In this document: positions 8,996-18,744 of the stretch, in pieces
Layout: each line of letters opens with the position of its first letter
Numbering within the stretch: the first letter of the stretch is position 1
Assembly: GCF_006345805.1 (NCBI RefSeq)
Contig: NW_021823981.1
Span: forward strand, 1 to 20,426
Reading direction: 5' to 3'
Length of the DNA stretch: 20,426 nucleotides
From: Octopus sinensis
Taxonomy: Eukaryota
Program-made: the position numbers and the translations under genes
Notes under the pieces: generated by a model
Databases searched by the model: none
Told to the model about the DNA's origin: nothing
Seen by the model: the letters and a program-made list of their open reading frames with translations, nothing else

Positions 8996-9147
8996 CATTC
9001 TAATGAAATCGTACTGAAGATATTAATATTTGGCGCAAATGCAAGGTAACCTATATTTGAAGGAGGAAAACACACTTCACTTCTGTTTTTATAGTTTTAC
9101 AATCACGCATATCATATGATTGGCAGTTTTATTAACAGTGACTACAC

Positions 9148-9377
9148 ATCTATCTATCTACCTATCTATCTATCTACCTATCTATCTATTTATCTAATAT
9201 GTCTATCTATCTATCTACCTATCTATTTATCTAATCTGTCTGTCTATCTATCTACCTATCTATTTATCTAATCTGTCTATCTATCTACCTATCTATTTAT
9301 CTAATCTGTCTGTCTATCTATCTACCTATCTATTTATCTAATCTGTCTGTCTATCTATCTATCTATTTATCTATCTG

Positions 9378-9428
<51 letters not shown>

Positions 9429-9585
9429 CCTATCTATCTATCTACCTACGTATCTATCTAATCTATCTAATCTATTTACCTATCTACCTATCTGTCTATC
9501 TATCTATTTATCTAATCTATCTATCTATCTGTCTGTCTAAGTTATCTACCTAAATAAATAGATTAGCAGATATCTATCTATCTAT
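9148..9585. repeat. (TATC)n satellite with higher-order 32-36 bp unit
   Basis: Unit CTATCTATCTACCTATCTATTTATCTAATCTGT(CTGT) repeats about 5 times between ~9165 and 9350. Confidence 0.92.
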
Positions 9586-9685
9586 AGTACATAAATATAA
9601 TTGATCCATATATATAAATATTTAAACAAATGTTCATCATATGAGCATAGACAGAAACAACTAAATAGATACAGAGGTGTGTATA

Positions 9686-9721
<36 letters not shown>

Positions 9722-9804
9722 TGTATGTATGTATATCTAGTTGAAATTTTCAGAAAAATAAAATACGAAGACAGGTGTATAAACAACAAGCATATATATA
9801 TGTC

Positions 9805-9841
<37 letters not shown>

Positions 9842-10121
9842 GGGGTGGGGGTGGGGGGAGAGATTAATTATCCATTACTAATAAATCTGCCAATCAGTCT
9901 AGTAGTTTGAGTTTCTGAAACCGTAAAGCAAAAGCGAAGGATGTCCTCCATTAGCGTCAGGTAAATAATTTATGAGACCAGACCAGTCAAATCACTCTTC
10001 TGCCTTTTTCCTCAAGGAAAGTCACGTGACAAAGTAGGTCAAACTAGAAACAATTCTATCAAAAGACAGTCTCTGTCAGACAACCTCACAACCTAACATC
10101 TTCCTCACAACTTTCCTTTCT

Positions 10122-10270
10122 TCATTTTCGTTCTCTTTCACATTTTTCATGTCCTTCTTTCTTTCCTTCCTTCCTTCTTTTCTTTCTTTCATCCTCCCTC
10201 TCCTTTTTCTTTCTTCTTTCGTTTCTATTTCTTATTTCTTTTGTGATTATCCTCCTTTCCTTTTTTTTTC
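10122..10270. repeat. polypyrimidine (CTTT/CCTT) low-complexity tract
   Basis: direct reading. Confidence 0.85.
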
Positions 10271-10299
10271 CCCCTGTTCTTCTTAATATATTTTTCGCT

Positions 10300-10760
10300 T
10301 TGCAACCAAGTTGTCCTAGTTCAATCCCACTGCACGGTACCTTGGGCAAGTGTCTTCTATTATATAGCTCCGGACCAAAGTCTTGTGAGGAGATTTATTA
10401 GACGGATACTGAGTGAAAGCCCATCCATCCATCCAGCCAGCCACCCAGCCATCTATACATACATATACACACACATGCCCCCCACACACACACATAAATA
10501 TATTTATAATACATGTATGAATGTATCTATATATATATTATGTGTGTATTTGTGTTTGTCCCACCACCACCGCGTTTCCATCGGTGTTAGTGTGTTCACG
10601 TCCTCGTAACTTACGATTCAGCCCAAGCGAGGATAGAATAAGAGCCCAACTTAAAACGAGTACTGGGATCGATTTACTCGACCAAGATCCTTCGAGGCGG
10701 TACTACCCCAGCATGGCCTCAGTCCAATATCTGACAGAAATATATGATAACAGATAAAAG
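10300..10760 (+). mobile_element. SINE family A bipartite copy, diverged
   Basis: Head ...GTTCAATCCCACTGCACGGTACCTTGGGCAAGTGTCTTCT...; central simple repeats 10421-10555; tail GTGTTCACGTCCTCGTAACTTA...GGCGGTACTACCCCAGCATGGCC. Confidence 0.85.
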
Positions 10761-10776
10761 ATTAATTCTTGTCTTA

Positions 10777-10845
10777 AAGGCGGTAAGACTGACAGAATCG
10801 TTAGAGCGTCAGACAAAAATGTTTTGTGGTATAAGTTCAAACCAG
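10777..10845 (+). mobile_element. SINE family B head fragment
   Basis: AAGGCGGTAAGACTGACAGAATCGTTAGAGCGTCAGACAAAAATG...AAGTTCAAA. Confidence 0.7.
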
Positions 10846-10950
10846 GCAGTAGTCTGCTTTTCTTTTACTTCATTCCACCCACTCCTATACTTTCTCCCTC
10901 TCCTGGGTGTTCCATAAACTTTCCGTCTTACCCCCTCTTCCTAGTCGTTG

Positions 10951-11200
10951 TCATCATCATCATTGTTCGACCGTGGTCGAGACAATGGAATTTACCATGC
11001 TACGCCAGACTTCACGGTCCATCATGGCATTACGGAGGTCCTGTTGCTGGATGCCTGTATCCCTGGAGATTACATCAGGGTAGGGAGAGTGTGCGCCCTC
11101 TGGTATTGCGAGTAGATGGCTTCCAGAGGAGAAGAGGAGAAATTACTTCTTTTTCAGCTCTACAACAATGTCCAGCAAACTGGACTCTCCTACCTTTCAC
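10951..11200 (-). mobile_element. 5'-truncated RTE-clade LINE 3' end with (TGA)n tail
   Basis: Minus translation VKGRRVQFAGHCCRAEKEVISPLLLWKPSTRNTRGRTLS/(frameshift at ~11084)YPDVISRDTGIQQQDLRNAMMDREVWRSMVNSIVSTTVEQ* fits the RTE C-terminal 'RRLxFAGH..R...LW.P...RGR....D......A.DR..WR'; stop at 10960-10962 runs straight into TGA repeats. Confidence 0.92.
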
Positions 11201-11320
11201 AGTATCGATGGTAGTTTTGGGGAGTACTCTTCATTCATCTTCATCGATATGAAACTCCTTACAACCCTACTATTGTAGATAGGCATTATACATAGACCTA
11301 TTTCTGTTTCTTCTTCGATT

Positions 11321-11594
11321 TTGTTTCAGTCCTTGGAAGGCGGCGATGCTGGAATTTCGCCTCGAAGGGTTTTAGTTAATTATATATCTATCCAAGTATT
11401 TATCGGTAAGCCACATACTTGACAATTCTGTTAATCGAACCGCTAAGTTACTGGACATGAAGACCGGCCATTAATTTCAATGAAGGCAGACAGGAATGTC
11501 AAAGACGTAAACATACACACGCGCACACCACACACACTCACATACGTATATACATACATAGATACATACATACATACAGACACACACACACACA

Positions 11595-11682
<88 letters not shown>

Positions 11683-12122
11683 AACTCATAAACAAGGTCA
11701 AAGGAAAAATGTTCTAATGCCAAAGATGCCGAAAACAGACACATTGTCAATTTCTTTTAGTAATTTCTGTCGGCTTTCTACGAGACGCGTGCTTATAGTG
11801 ATGAATTATATGGTTATTGACGATGCGTCTCTTTTCGGCATATTTGGCAGTAGAAATTTTTTCTTTTGCCCTTTATAAGTTGTTTATAAATTTAACCTTT
11901 AAAGGTATTTTTTAATATGCTGGCCATTGATAGAATTTTTTTTTAAAAATTTTATCCTATATTAGATGTAAATTTTATATATATACATACACATGGACTA
12001 TCAGTTTCACTCATATGAGACTGGTCACTCCCAAGATAACTACTCAGGTACCACACAATGAGGCCGAACCCCAAATCACGTTGTAGCCAAGCAAACTTCT
12101 TAAACCCACAGCTATGTTTATG
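11321..12122 (-). mobile_element. SINE family A bipartite copy (tail ~11321-11510, head ~11995-12122) with an insertion in its central microsatellite
   Basis: TTGTTTCAGTC...GCGGCGATGCTGG...GAACCGCTAAGTTAC; head TCAGTTTC...CAGGTACCACACAATG.GGCCGAACCC...AAACTTCTTAAACCCACAGC. Confidence 0.7.
11676..11888. repeat. inverted pair of the 140-bp repeat (short + copy 11676-11751, longer - copy 11752-11888)
   Basis: TATAAACAACTCATAAACAAGG...GACACATTGTCAAT is the imperfect reverse complement of ATTGACGATGCGTC...CCCTTTATAAGTTGTTTATA (11816-11888). Confidence 0.88.
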
Positions 12123-12123
12123 C

Positions 12124-12162
<39 letters not shown>

Positions 12163-12315
12163 TGAAGATATAGAAGTAGTTTTCCTTTGAAAGAAAATAT
12201 TCTTTCTTATCGCCTTTCTTTCCCTCTTTCTCTTCTTTCACACTTCTTCTTTCTGTCGTTTCTTAACACTTTATTTCTTTAAACTTCTTTAAGCTCTAAA
12301 TTTGAAACAGATTTG

Positions 12316-12347
12316 TATAAAATAAAATAAAATAAAATAAAATAAAT
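12316..12347. repeat. (TAAAA)n pentanucleotide repeat
   Basis: direct reading. Confidence 0.95.
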
Positions 12348-12654
12348 AGTTCTTAGAATAATATAACTTTTAACTCTTGGCCGCGATTCTTGGTGCAACA
12401 GGAAATCTGGCTTCCTAATGTACCAAGAAAGCAAAACAACAGGTCACCTGGCGCATCCCCCCTCTCTCTCTCTCTATCTCTCTCTCTCTCTCTCAGAAGG
12501 GTCTCTTTTATAAAGGCCGTTTGCTGCACTCTTTTCAGAAAATCAATGATACTGCATTGTAAGCGGGTTGTAATTGCACTTGGCTGGATGTGCAGTGGCA
12601 ATAGTGCAGGATATTATAGTAAGGATATGGATATTCATGAGGGCATGCAGGGTC

Positions 12655-12738
<84 letters not shown>

Positions 12739-12876
12739 TTCATTGGCTTTCAGTATGTTTGTACGTATGTATAATCGTAAGAGGATATATTTAATTACAC
12801 TTGTACACACGCCCCACACACCCACACGTATATTGTATGTATACATATGTATGCATGTTAGTATGTATGTTCCCCC

Positions 12877-12913
<37 letters not shown>

Positions 12914-12928
12914 ATATATATATATATA

Positions 12929-13036
12929 TCACCGTGACCGACCAGGCTATCAGATGTTGCTACACATCGCTGGTCACAATGCGCTTCGCATTGTTTTAGC
13001 CTTCAAATGACGCCACCCCGCTGGCTAAGCGAGCAG

Positions 13037-13040
<4 letters not shown>
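12929..13040. mobile_element. 112-bp GC-richer repeat fragment embedded in (TA)n
   Basis: TCACCGTGACCGACCAGGCTATCAGATG...GCTAAGCGAGCAGGCCA sharply bounded by pure (TA)n on both sides; recalled as a common octopus repeat, class unverified. Confidence 0.6.
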
Positions 13041-13082
<42 letters not shown>

Positions 13083-13444
13083 TAATATATAAATATATGC
13101 ATATATGCATACATATATGTACATATCCACATATATATGTATATATACATGCATATATGGGTACAGGGCATCAAAAAAACGTAGAGGGTGAGGCAAATGC
13201 CACGCATTTGACAAATCATTCATATTAGGCCATTATTATTATTCATTTTGTTCAACAGGAACGAGTACGTGAGTATTCATCATTATTTTATTTACTTTAT
13301 TAAATTTTAGAAAGATTGAAGCAATTTACGATCTTTTCAATATCCGTAAACAAACCCTATTTTATTCCATGCAACATATAAAGTTATGCTAAATGTATAA
13401 TGTATGTAAACATATGAAGTAAAATAAAATTATTGTTGTTCATT

Positions 13445-13530
13445 CACATCTTAGCTTTTCATCCTTTCGGAGTTGATGCAATCGACTACCCATTTCCCCT
13501 CAAATTTCAGGCCTTGTGCCTATAGTGAAG
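13445..13530 (+). mobile_element. SINE family B 3' fragment
   Basis: GCTTTTCATCCTTTCGGAGTTGATGCAATCGACT...CCCCTCAAATTTCAGGCCTTGTGCCTATAG. Confidence 0.7.
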
Positions 13531-13710
13531 CAAATATCATGCATATTTCATTATGTCTTGGATTGCGAAGTAATCAATTACAATTTAACCGATGTTTCTT
13601 CTGAATACTAAGCTACACAGGTTCCTACATAAAGCGCTGATTATAATTATTCCTTCAATGTATATATATATATATATATATTATTACCGCCTTAGTAATA
13701 TCAATGTATT

Positions 13711-14127
13711 TATTTATTTATTGCCTACAGAGGGCTAAACATAGAGGGGACAAACAAGGACAGACAAGGGGATTAAGTCGATTATATCGACCCCAGTGAC
13801 TTACTGGTACTTATTTAATCGACCCCGAAAGGATGAAAGGAAAAGTCGACCACGGCGGAATTTGAACTCAGAACGTAACGGCAGACGAAATACCTATTTC
13901 TTTACTACCCACAAGGGGCTAAACACAGAGGGGACAAACAAGGACAGACATAGGTATTAAGTCGATTATATCGACCCCTGTGCGTAATTGGTACTTAATT
14001 TATCGACCCCGAAAGGATGAAAGGCAAAGTCGACCTCGGCGGAATTTGAACTCAGAACGTAAAGACAGACGAAATACCGCTAAGCATTTCGCCCGGCGTT
14101 CTAACGTTTCTGCCAGCTCGCCGCCTT
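13711..14127 (-). mobile_element. SINE family B partial tandem dimer (full unit 14127-13895 plus headless unit 13894-13711) with TSD
   Basis: Two highly similar units; flanking direct repeat CCGCCTTAG(T/C)AATATCAATG(T/C)ATT at 13687-13710 and 14121-14144. Confidence 0.93.
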
Positions 14128-14751
14128 AGCAATATCAATGCATTGCCATCCAGAAAGTTGCTTCTCTATGTATGCACGTACGCGTGTGCGTAGGCACTTA
14201 TCTGTGAGCGCGTGAGAGTGTTAAGTGAAGCTATTTAGCCGAACACCGCAAACGAAAAATCTGGTTTTTCCTTCCCAACAACTACTACAAAAATAATCAA
14301 AACCAAACACAAACATAAAATTCAGATGTTAATATCATAACAGTTTTCTGACGAGCGTTAAGGAGGAGGAACCGGTTTCGATACCATGAAAATCTTCGGT
14401 TGTTAAACACACGTGAGAATATTTGCTCTTCACTTTACCCACATCAAAAATAATAAGATGCTCCTCCTAAAATAAGGGGGTTGGTGTTTTATGTTATCGT
14501 AGCTGGTGAAATCATTAAATATTTCCGCATTTCTTCTTCTGTTTGCTGATTAAGGGTCTTGGCTGCCTTTCAAAATTGCCTGGCCTCCCAGTAATAGGGA
14601 GGAGTCACATGTTCGAAAACTGTTTACAATCAATATATTACAACCGGGTTCTTGTCAGACTTTCGGTTTGATTTATTTATTCATTTATTTTCTGTTTTTT
14701 TTTTTGTCGCGCTCTTTTTCGCTCGACTGTGTTACGTCTTTTCTGTCTTTT

Positions 14752-15018
14752 CCCCTCCTCCTCCTCTTCTTCTTTCTCCTCCTCTTCCTCCTCCACCACG
14801 ACCGCCACCCCTCCTCCTCCTCCTCCTCCTCTTCATCACCATCGACTTCTTTTTGTTCTTGTTCTTGTTCACCACCACCACCACCAAAACCACCACATTC
14901 ACAACCACCACCACTACCATCACCACTACCACCATCTCCAGCACCATCACCACCACTACCATCACCACACTCACCACCACCACCTATACCACCACCACCA
15001 TCATCATTATCGTCATCA
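14752..15018. repeat. compound trinucleotide tract (CCT)n-(TTCTTG)n-(CAC/CAT)n
   Basis: direct reading; open in four frames because of composition. Confidence 0.9.
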
Positions 15019-15215
15019 TTAGCGTGTCAGACAATATGCTTAGCGGTGTTTCTTCCGGCTCTATACGTACCAGAGTTCAAATCTCGCCGCAGTCAACTTC
15101 ACTTTTCGATCTTTCAAGGTCGATAAAAATAAATTACCGATCGAGTACTGGGTTTCGTAAACGCTAACTGACCCCTTCCTCCTAAATTTGATGGCTTTAT
15201 GCCAAAATTTGAAAC
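15018..15215 (+). mobile_element. SINE family B, diverged
   Basis: TTAGCGTGTCAGACAATATGCTTAGCGG...AGAGTTCAAAT..CGCCGCAGTCAACTT...GGTCGATAAAATAA...GAGTACTGGG...TTTATGCCAAAATTTGAAA. Confidence 0.85.
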
Positions 15216-15807
15216 TGTTACTACAATTACTGTTGTTGTTATTGTTGCCGCTATTGTTGTTGCTCTCGTTGTTGTCTGTAGTGAACGGTCTTGATTAGCA
15301 GAGCTCCCACCTGGAAGGTGTGTTCTGGAATTATCTCATGAGGAAATGGGATTTGATTTTGTTCCCTTTTCGAAAAGTGGCCTACGAATATAAGAACGTG
15401 TGCTTTCACTTTCTGAGGTTACTGGAATTGTATTTCCTTTGGTAATTATAGAACTGTTTACGCATTTTTGAGAAGTCGCCATTTGTAATATTCTATGCTT
15501 TGCAAAATGACTGCAACGAAATCGAGAGAAATAGATGTCCACTACAATGGCGGACGCTGCCGTATGAGGCGTTGCCACTATTAAAGTATGAAGCATGGGT
15601 ACATCTTAACTTGAATGAAATGTGGATGCAGATGAACAAACAGGATGCAAACGAAATGAAAGCCACATTGCTAAGTGTATAAGCAGCACGAACATATGTC
15701 GGAGAGAGGTTTAGATTAAATTTGCTGTAAAAACGACGGCAATAATAAATGCTTATTTTTTTCTAATTCTCCTCATTTATTTGAATTATCTCTTAACTTT
15801 TATTTTT

Positions 15808-16051
15808 TACTTGTTTAAGTCATTGGGCTGGAGCAATACTGGAGCACTGCCTTGAAAAATTTTTAGTCGAATGAATTGACCCCCAGCAGTTTTTCCTTCT
15901 TTTAAAATCTCCGGTAGGAATTTCATCAGTTTGCTTTGGTGAACTGTTAAGTTTCAGGGACATGGACATACCATCTCCTGTTGTGAAGCGATGGTAGTGG
16001 ACAAACACAGGCTCAAAGACTCACACGTATATATATATATATATATTATAT

Positions 16052-16100
<49 letters not shown>

Positions 16101-16421
16101 TTATTATTATTATTATATGTAGAAAAATACAAACTGGGACAAGACGTAAAACATTTAGAAGACGATACAAAAAAACACGGACGGGACATTCGAAGCCTTC
16201 AATCTTCAGTCAAGAACCGGATCATCGTAGCAATTTCGGCTGATATATATATATACATATATAATATATATATATATATATTATATATGCGATGGGATTC
16301 TTTCATTTTCCGTCTACCAAGGCTTTGGTTGCCCGAGGCACTTGCCCAAGGTGCCACGCAGTGTGACTCAGCCTGGAACCAAGTGGTTGGGAAGCAAGCT
16401 TCTTACCACACAGCCACGCCT
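15808..16421 (-). mobile_element. SINE family A bipartite copy (tail 15808-16015, head 16290-16421) with a ~120-bp insertion in its central (TA)n
   Basis: TTGTTTAAGTCATTGGGCTG...CTGGAGCACTGCCTTGAA...; head CACTTGCCCAAGGTGCCACGCAGTG...CTTCTTACCACACAGCCACGCCTG. Confidence 0.85.
16120..16243. mobile_element. short foreign insert within (TA)n
   Basis: Mixed-sequence 124-bp segment bounded by (TA)n/(TTA)n; minus strand has CTGAAGA-TT-GAAG G CTTC-GAA, at best a remnant of a hammerhead core. Confidence 0.5.
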
Positions 16422-16623
16422 GACTATACAAATTGTCTTGGATATATATTCATAAATATATACATATGTGTGTGTATACGATTGAGTGGACAAATAAAGA
16501 CTATGTATATCTATCTATCTATCTCTATTTCCTTCTCTATATACGTGTATGTGCTAACACATACACACACATCAGTGTGTGTGTGTATGTTTGTGTGTAT
16601 GTGTGCTGCCTCTCCAAATGTTT

Positions 16624-16744
16624 AGTTAATTGTTTCAGTCATTTGACTGCGGTCATGCTGGGGCACCGCCTTGAAGAATTTTTAGCCAAATGCATAGACA
16701 CCAGGACTTATTTATTTTAAAGCCTGGCACTTATTCTATCAGTT
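16624..16744 (-). mobile_element. 5'-truncated SINE family A tail with 13-bp TSD
   Basis: TCTCCAAATGTTT at 16611-16623 and 16745-16757 flanks TTGTTTCAGTCATTTGACTGCGGTCATGCTGGGGCACCGCC...CTTATTCTATC. Confidence 0.9.
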
Positions 16745-16817
16745 TCTCCAAATGTTTTGTAAACCTGTGTATGAGCCTATTATTGTTTGTATGGGGCCCA
16801 CATGGCCAATAAAGGAA

Positions 16818-16965
16818 AGCGGTGAGCTCGCAGAATCAGAGCATCGAGCACAATGCTTTACCATATTTCTTCCGATTATTTACATTTAGAATTCAAATCC
16901 TGCCAAGGGTCAACTTTATCTTTCATCTTTTCAAGGTCAACAAAATAAAGTATCAGTCAAGTCTT
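16818..16965 (+). mobile_element. SINE family B, diverged
   Basis: AGCGGTGAGCTCGCAGAATC...AATGCTTA...AATTCAAATCCTGCC..GGGTCAACTTT..CTTTCATCTTTTC. Confidence 0.8.
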
Positions 16966-17139
16966 GGAGAAACCTCTTCTCTTCTTCTGTCATAAATCAC
17001 AAACCTTCATCTTTTTTCTTTATTCTTTTGTCTGCTTCTGTCTTGTCTGCTTCTGTCTTCTAACTTCATCTTTTTCTTCTTTCTTCCTTATTTTCAGGCG
17101 GGAACAACAATAGTAACTGGTGTAGTAACAGTTATAAAA

Positions 17140-17660
17140 CTAGCAGATGCAGTAGTAATGAACCAGATAATTGTAGTAATAGTAGTAGTGTCGGTAGTGG
17201 AGGTGGCGGTGGTGGTGGTGAGGATAGTAGTAGTAGTAGCAGCAGCAACAGTGATAGTGGTGGTGGTGATGGTGGTGGTAGTGTGTGTGTGTGCGTGTGG
17301 TAGTGGAGGTGGCGATGGTTGTGTGGCTATGTGAGGATAGTAGTAGTAATAGCAGCGATAGTGATTGTGGTAGTGATGATAAAAGTAGTAGTAGTAGTGT
17401 TTGTGGTGGTAGTGGCGTTGGTGGTGTGTGTATGTGGTAGTGGTTGTTGTGGTGCTTTTGGTAGTTGTGGTGGTGGTGGTGGTGGTGGTGGTGGTGTGTG
17501 TGATGGTGGCGGTGGCAGGGATGATAGTAGTAGTGGCGGTGCTGGTATTGGTGGTAGTGTGGGCGTGGAGGTAATGGTAGTTGTGGTATCGATGATAGTA
17601 ATAGTAGTGTTGGTGGCGGTGTTGGCAGTAGTAGTAGTAGTAGTATTAGTAGTAGTGGAT
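17140..17660. repeat. compound (AGT)n/(GGT)n low-complexity tract with (GT)n interruptions
   Basis: direct reading. Confidence 0.9.
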
Positions 17661-18371
17661 GTGTGTATCTGGTAACCGTATAATTACCGGTGGGAGGAGC
17701 GGTCGTCTTGAAAGAGTTAATAGAAGGTAATTTACTGTTGCCCTTGGAAGACAAGACTTCAATTTCAGCTTCCAAGGACGATAAACAGCAGCAGCAGCAA
17801 CGGCAGCGCAACCGACAGGAGCAACAAGAAAACAAAAAACTGCGAGCAACAACATCAAGTAGAACATGACATGAAATAAACAGTAGCTTATGGGTGAGAG
17901 GGAGAGAGAGGAGTAAGAGAGAAGAAGAAAATAGTGGGGGTGGAATGAAGGAGAGGGGTTGAGAAGAAGGAAGAGGTAGAAAAGAAGGAGGTAACGGTGT
18001 GGTGTGGAGTAGGAAGGAGAGGTAGGGTTGAGAGATAACACTTCTTGTGCGCTGTTGATGGTCAATGATAATTATGTTTATGGCTTTGTAGAAGCCGTGA
18101 TAAAGTGTATCCGTCAAAAAGAAACTTCGCTGACTGCCGTGACTCTACGAATGCTACTTCTGAACTGGGTCAAAGAAACGGCAATCAGCATTAAGAAAAT
18201 ATAAAAAAAAAAAAAAAAAAAAAAGATGTTTAGAATTATCGCCCCGGAATGATGAAAGACAAAGACGACCTCGGCAATACTTTCAAATTTTGGCACAAAG
18301 CCAGCAATTTTGGGGGAAAGATGTAAGACATGCGCTGCTCTTTCACTCAATACTACTACTAATAATGATTT

Positions 18372-18425
18372 CAAAGTTTTGCCACAAGAGCAGCTTGGGG
18401 GGAGGGGGTTAAGTCGATTACATCA
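18372..18425 (-). mobile_element. SINE family B tail fragment (a related piece lies at 18280-18320)
   Basis: TTTCAAAGTTTTGCCACAAG...GGGGGAGGGGGTTAAGTCGATTACATC; cf. TTTCAAATTTTGGCACAAAGCCAGCAATTTTGGGGG. Confidence 0.7.
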
Positions 18426-18429
18426 ACGC

Positions 18430-18534
18430 TAATAAACACTCAGTAAACACTCACAACGCCCGGTCTGGGAATCGAAACCGCGGTCCTACGACCGCGAGTC
18501 CGCTGCCCTAACCACTGGGCCATTGCGCCTCCAC
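18430..18534 (-). mobile_element. third tRNA-derived SINE head (CpG-rich, young)
   Basis: Minus strand GTGGAGGCGCAATGGCCCAGTGGTTAGGGCAGCGGACTCGCGGTCGTAGGACCGCGGTTTCGATTCCCAGACCGGGCG: A-box TGGCCCAGTGG and B-box-like GGTTTCGATTCC, but no canonical anticodon arm or acceptor stem. Confidence 0.8.
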
Positions 18535-18744
18535 ACATACACACATAAATATGTATATATATAACATTGATAACGAAGAGGAGAGTGGAGATTTTATTCA
18601 CTTCTAATAACTTATTTATTTAAAAGTTTCCTACAGTATGTATATCTGACCTACATATGTGTGTATGTATGTACATATGTAAGTATATACGTATACATCA
18701 GTGTGTGTGTGTGCACAAACAAGCCTTTATATATGTGTATCAAG

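Noticed and set aside
10824-11252. 142-aa plus-strand ORF
   Set aside because: It is antisense to the RTE LINE 3' fragment.
12572-12593. AATTGCACTTG resembling the 5' end of miR-92 family mature sequences
   Set aside because: The 3' half does not match miR-92, and the motif lies on the 5' arm running into the loop rather than on a 3' arm.
14345-14400. CTGACGA (plus) and CCGAAGA...CGAAACCGGTT (minus) as further hammerheads
   Set aside because: Neither strand gives both a paired stem II and a stem I.
14652-15167. Poly-Pro/Thr/His ORFs resembling extensin, mucin or His-rich proteins
   Set aside because: This trinucleotide tract is open in four frames, lacks ATG starts, and ends inside a SINE.
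15311-15510. Candidate minus-strand exon (acceptor TTGCAG at 15511, MATSQKCVNSS..., in-frame TGA possibly recoded)
   Set aside because: 15230-15480 looks like an old reverse copy of the (CAA)n-tailed repeat seen at 5138-5310 and 8100-8180 (judged from recollection of the family, alignment weak). I recognise no protein similarity and there is no evidence for readthrough.
17140-18117. 325-aa minus-strand ORF as a whole
   Set aside because: It is mostly low-complexity repeat translation; only the central island is retained as a weak exon candidate.
18455-18530. Possible tRNA gene
   Set aside because: A and B boxes are present, but the anticodon arm is replaced by a CGCGGTC/GACCGCG hairpin and there is no proper acceptor stem; it is a SINE head.
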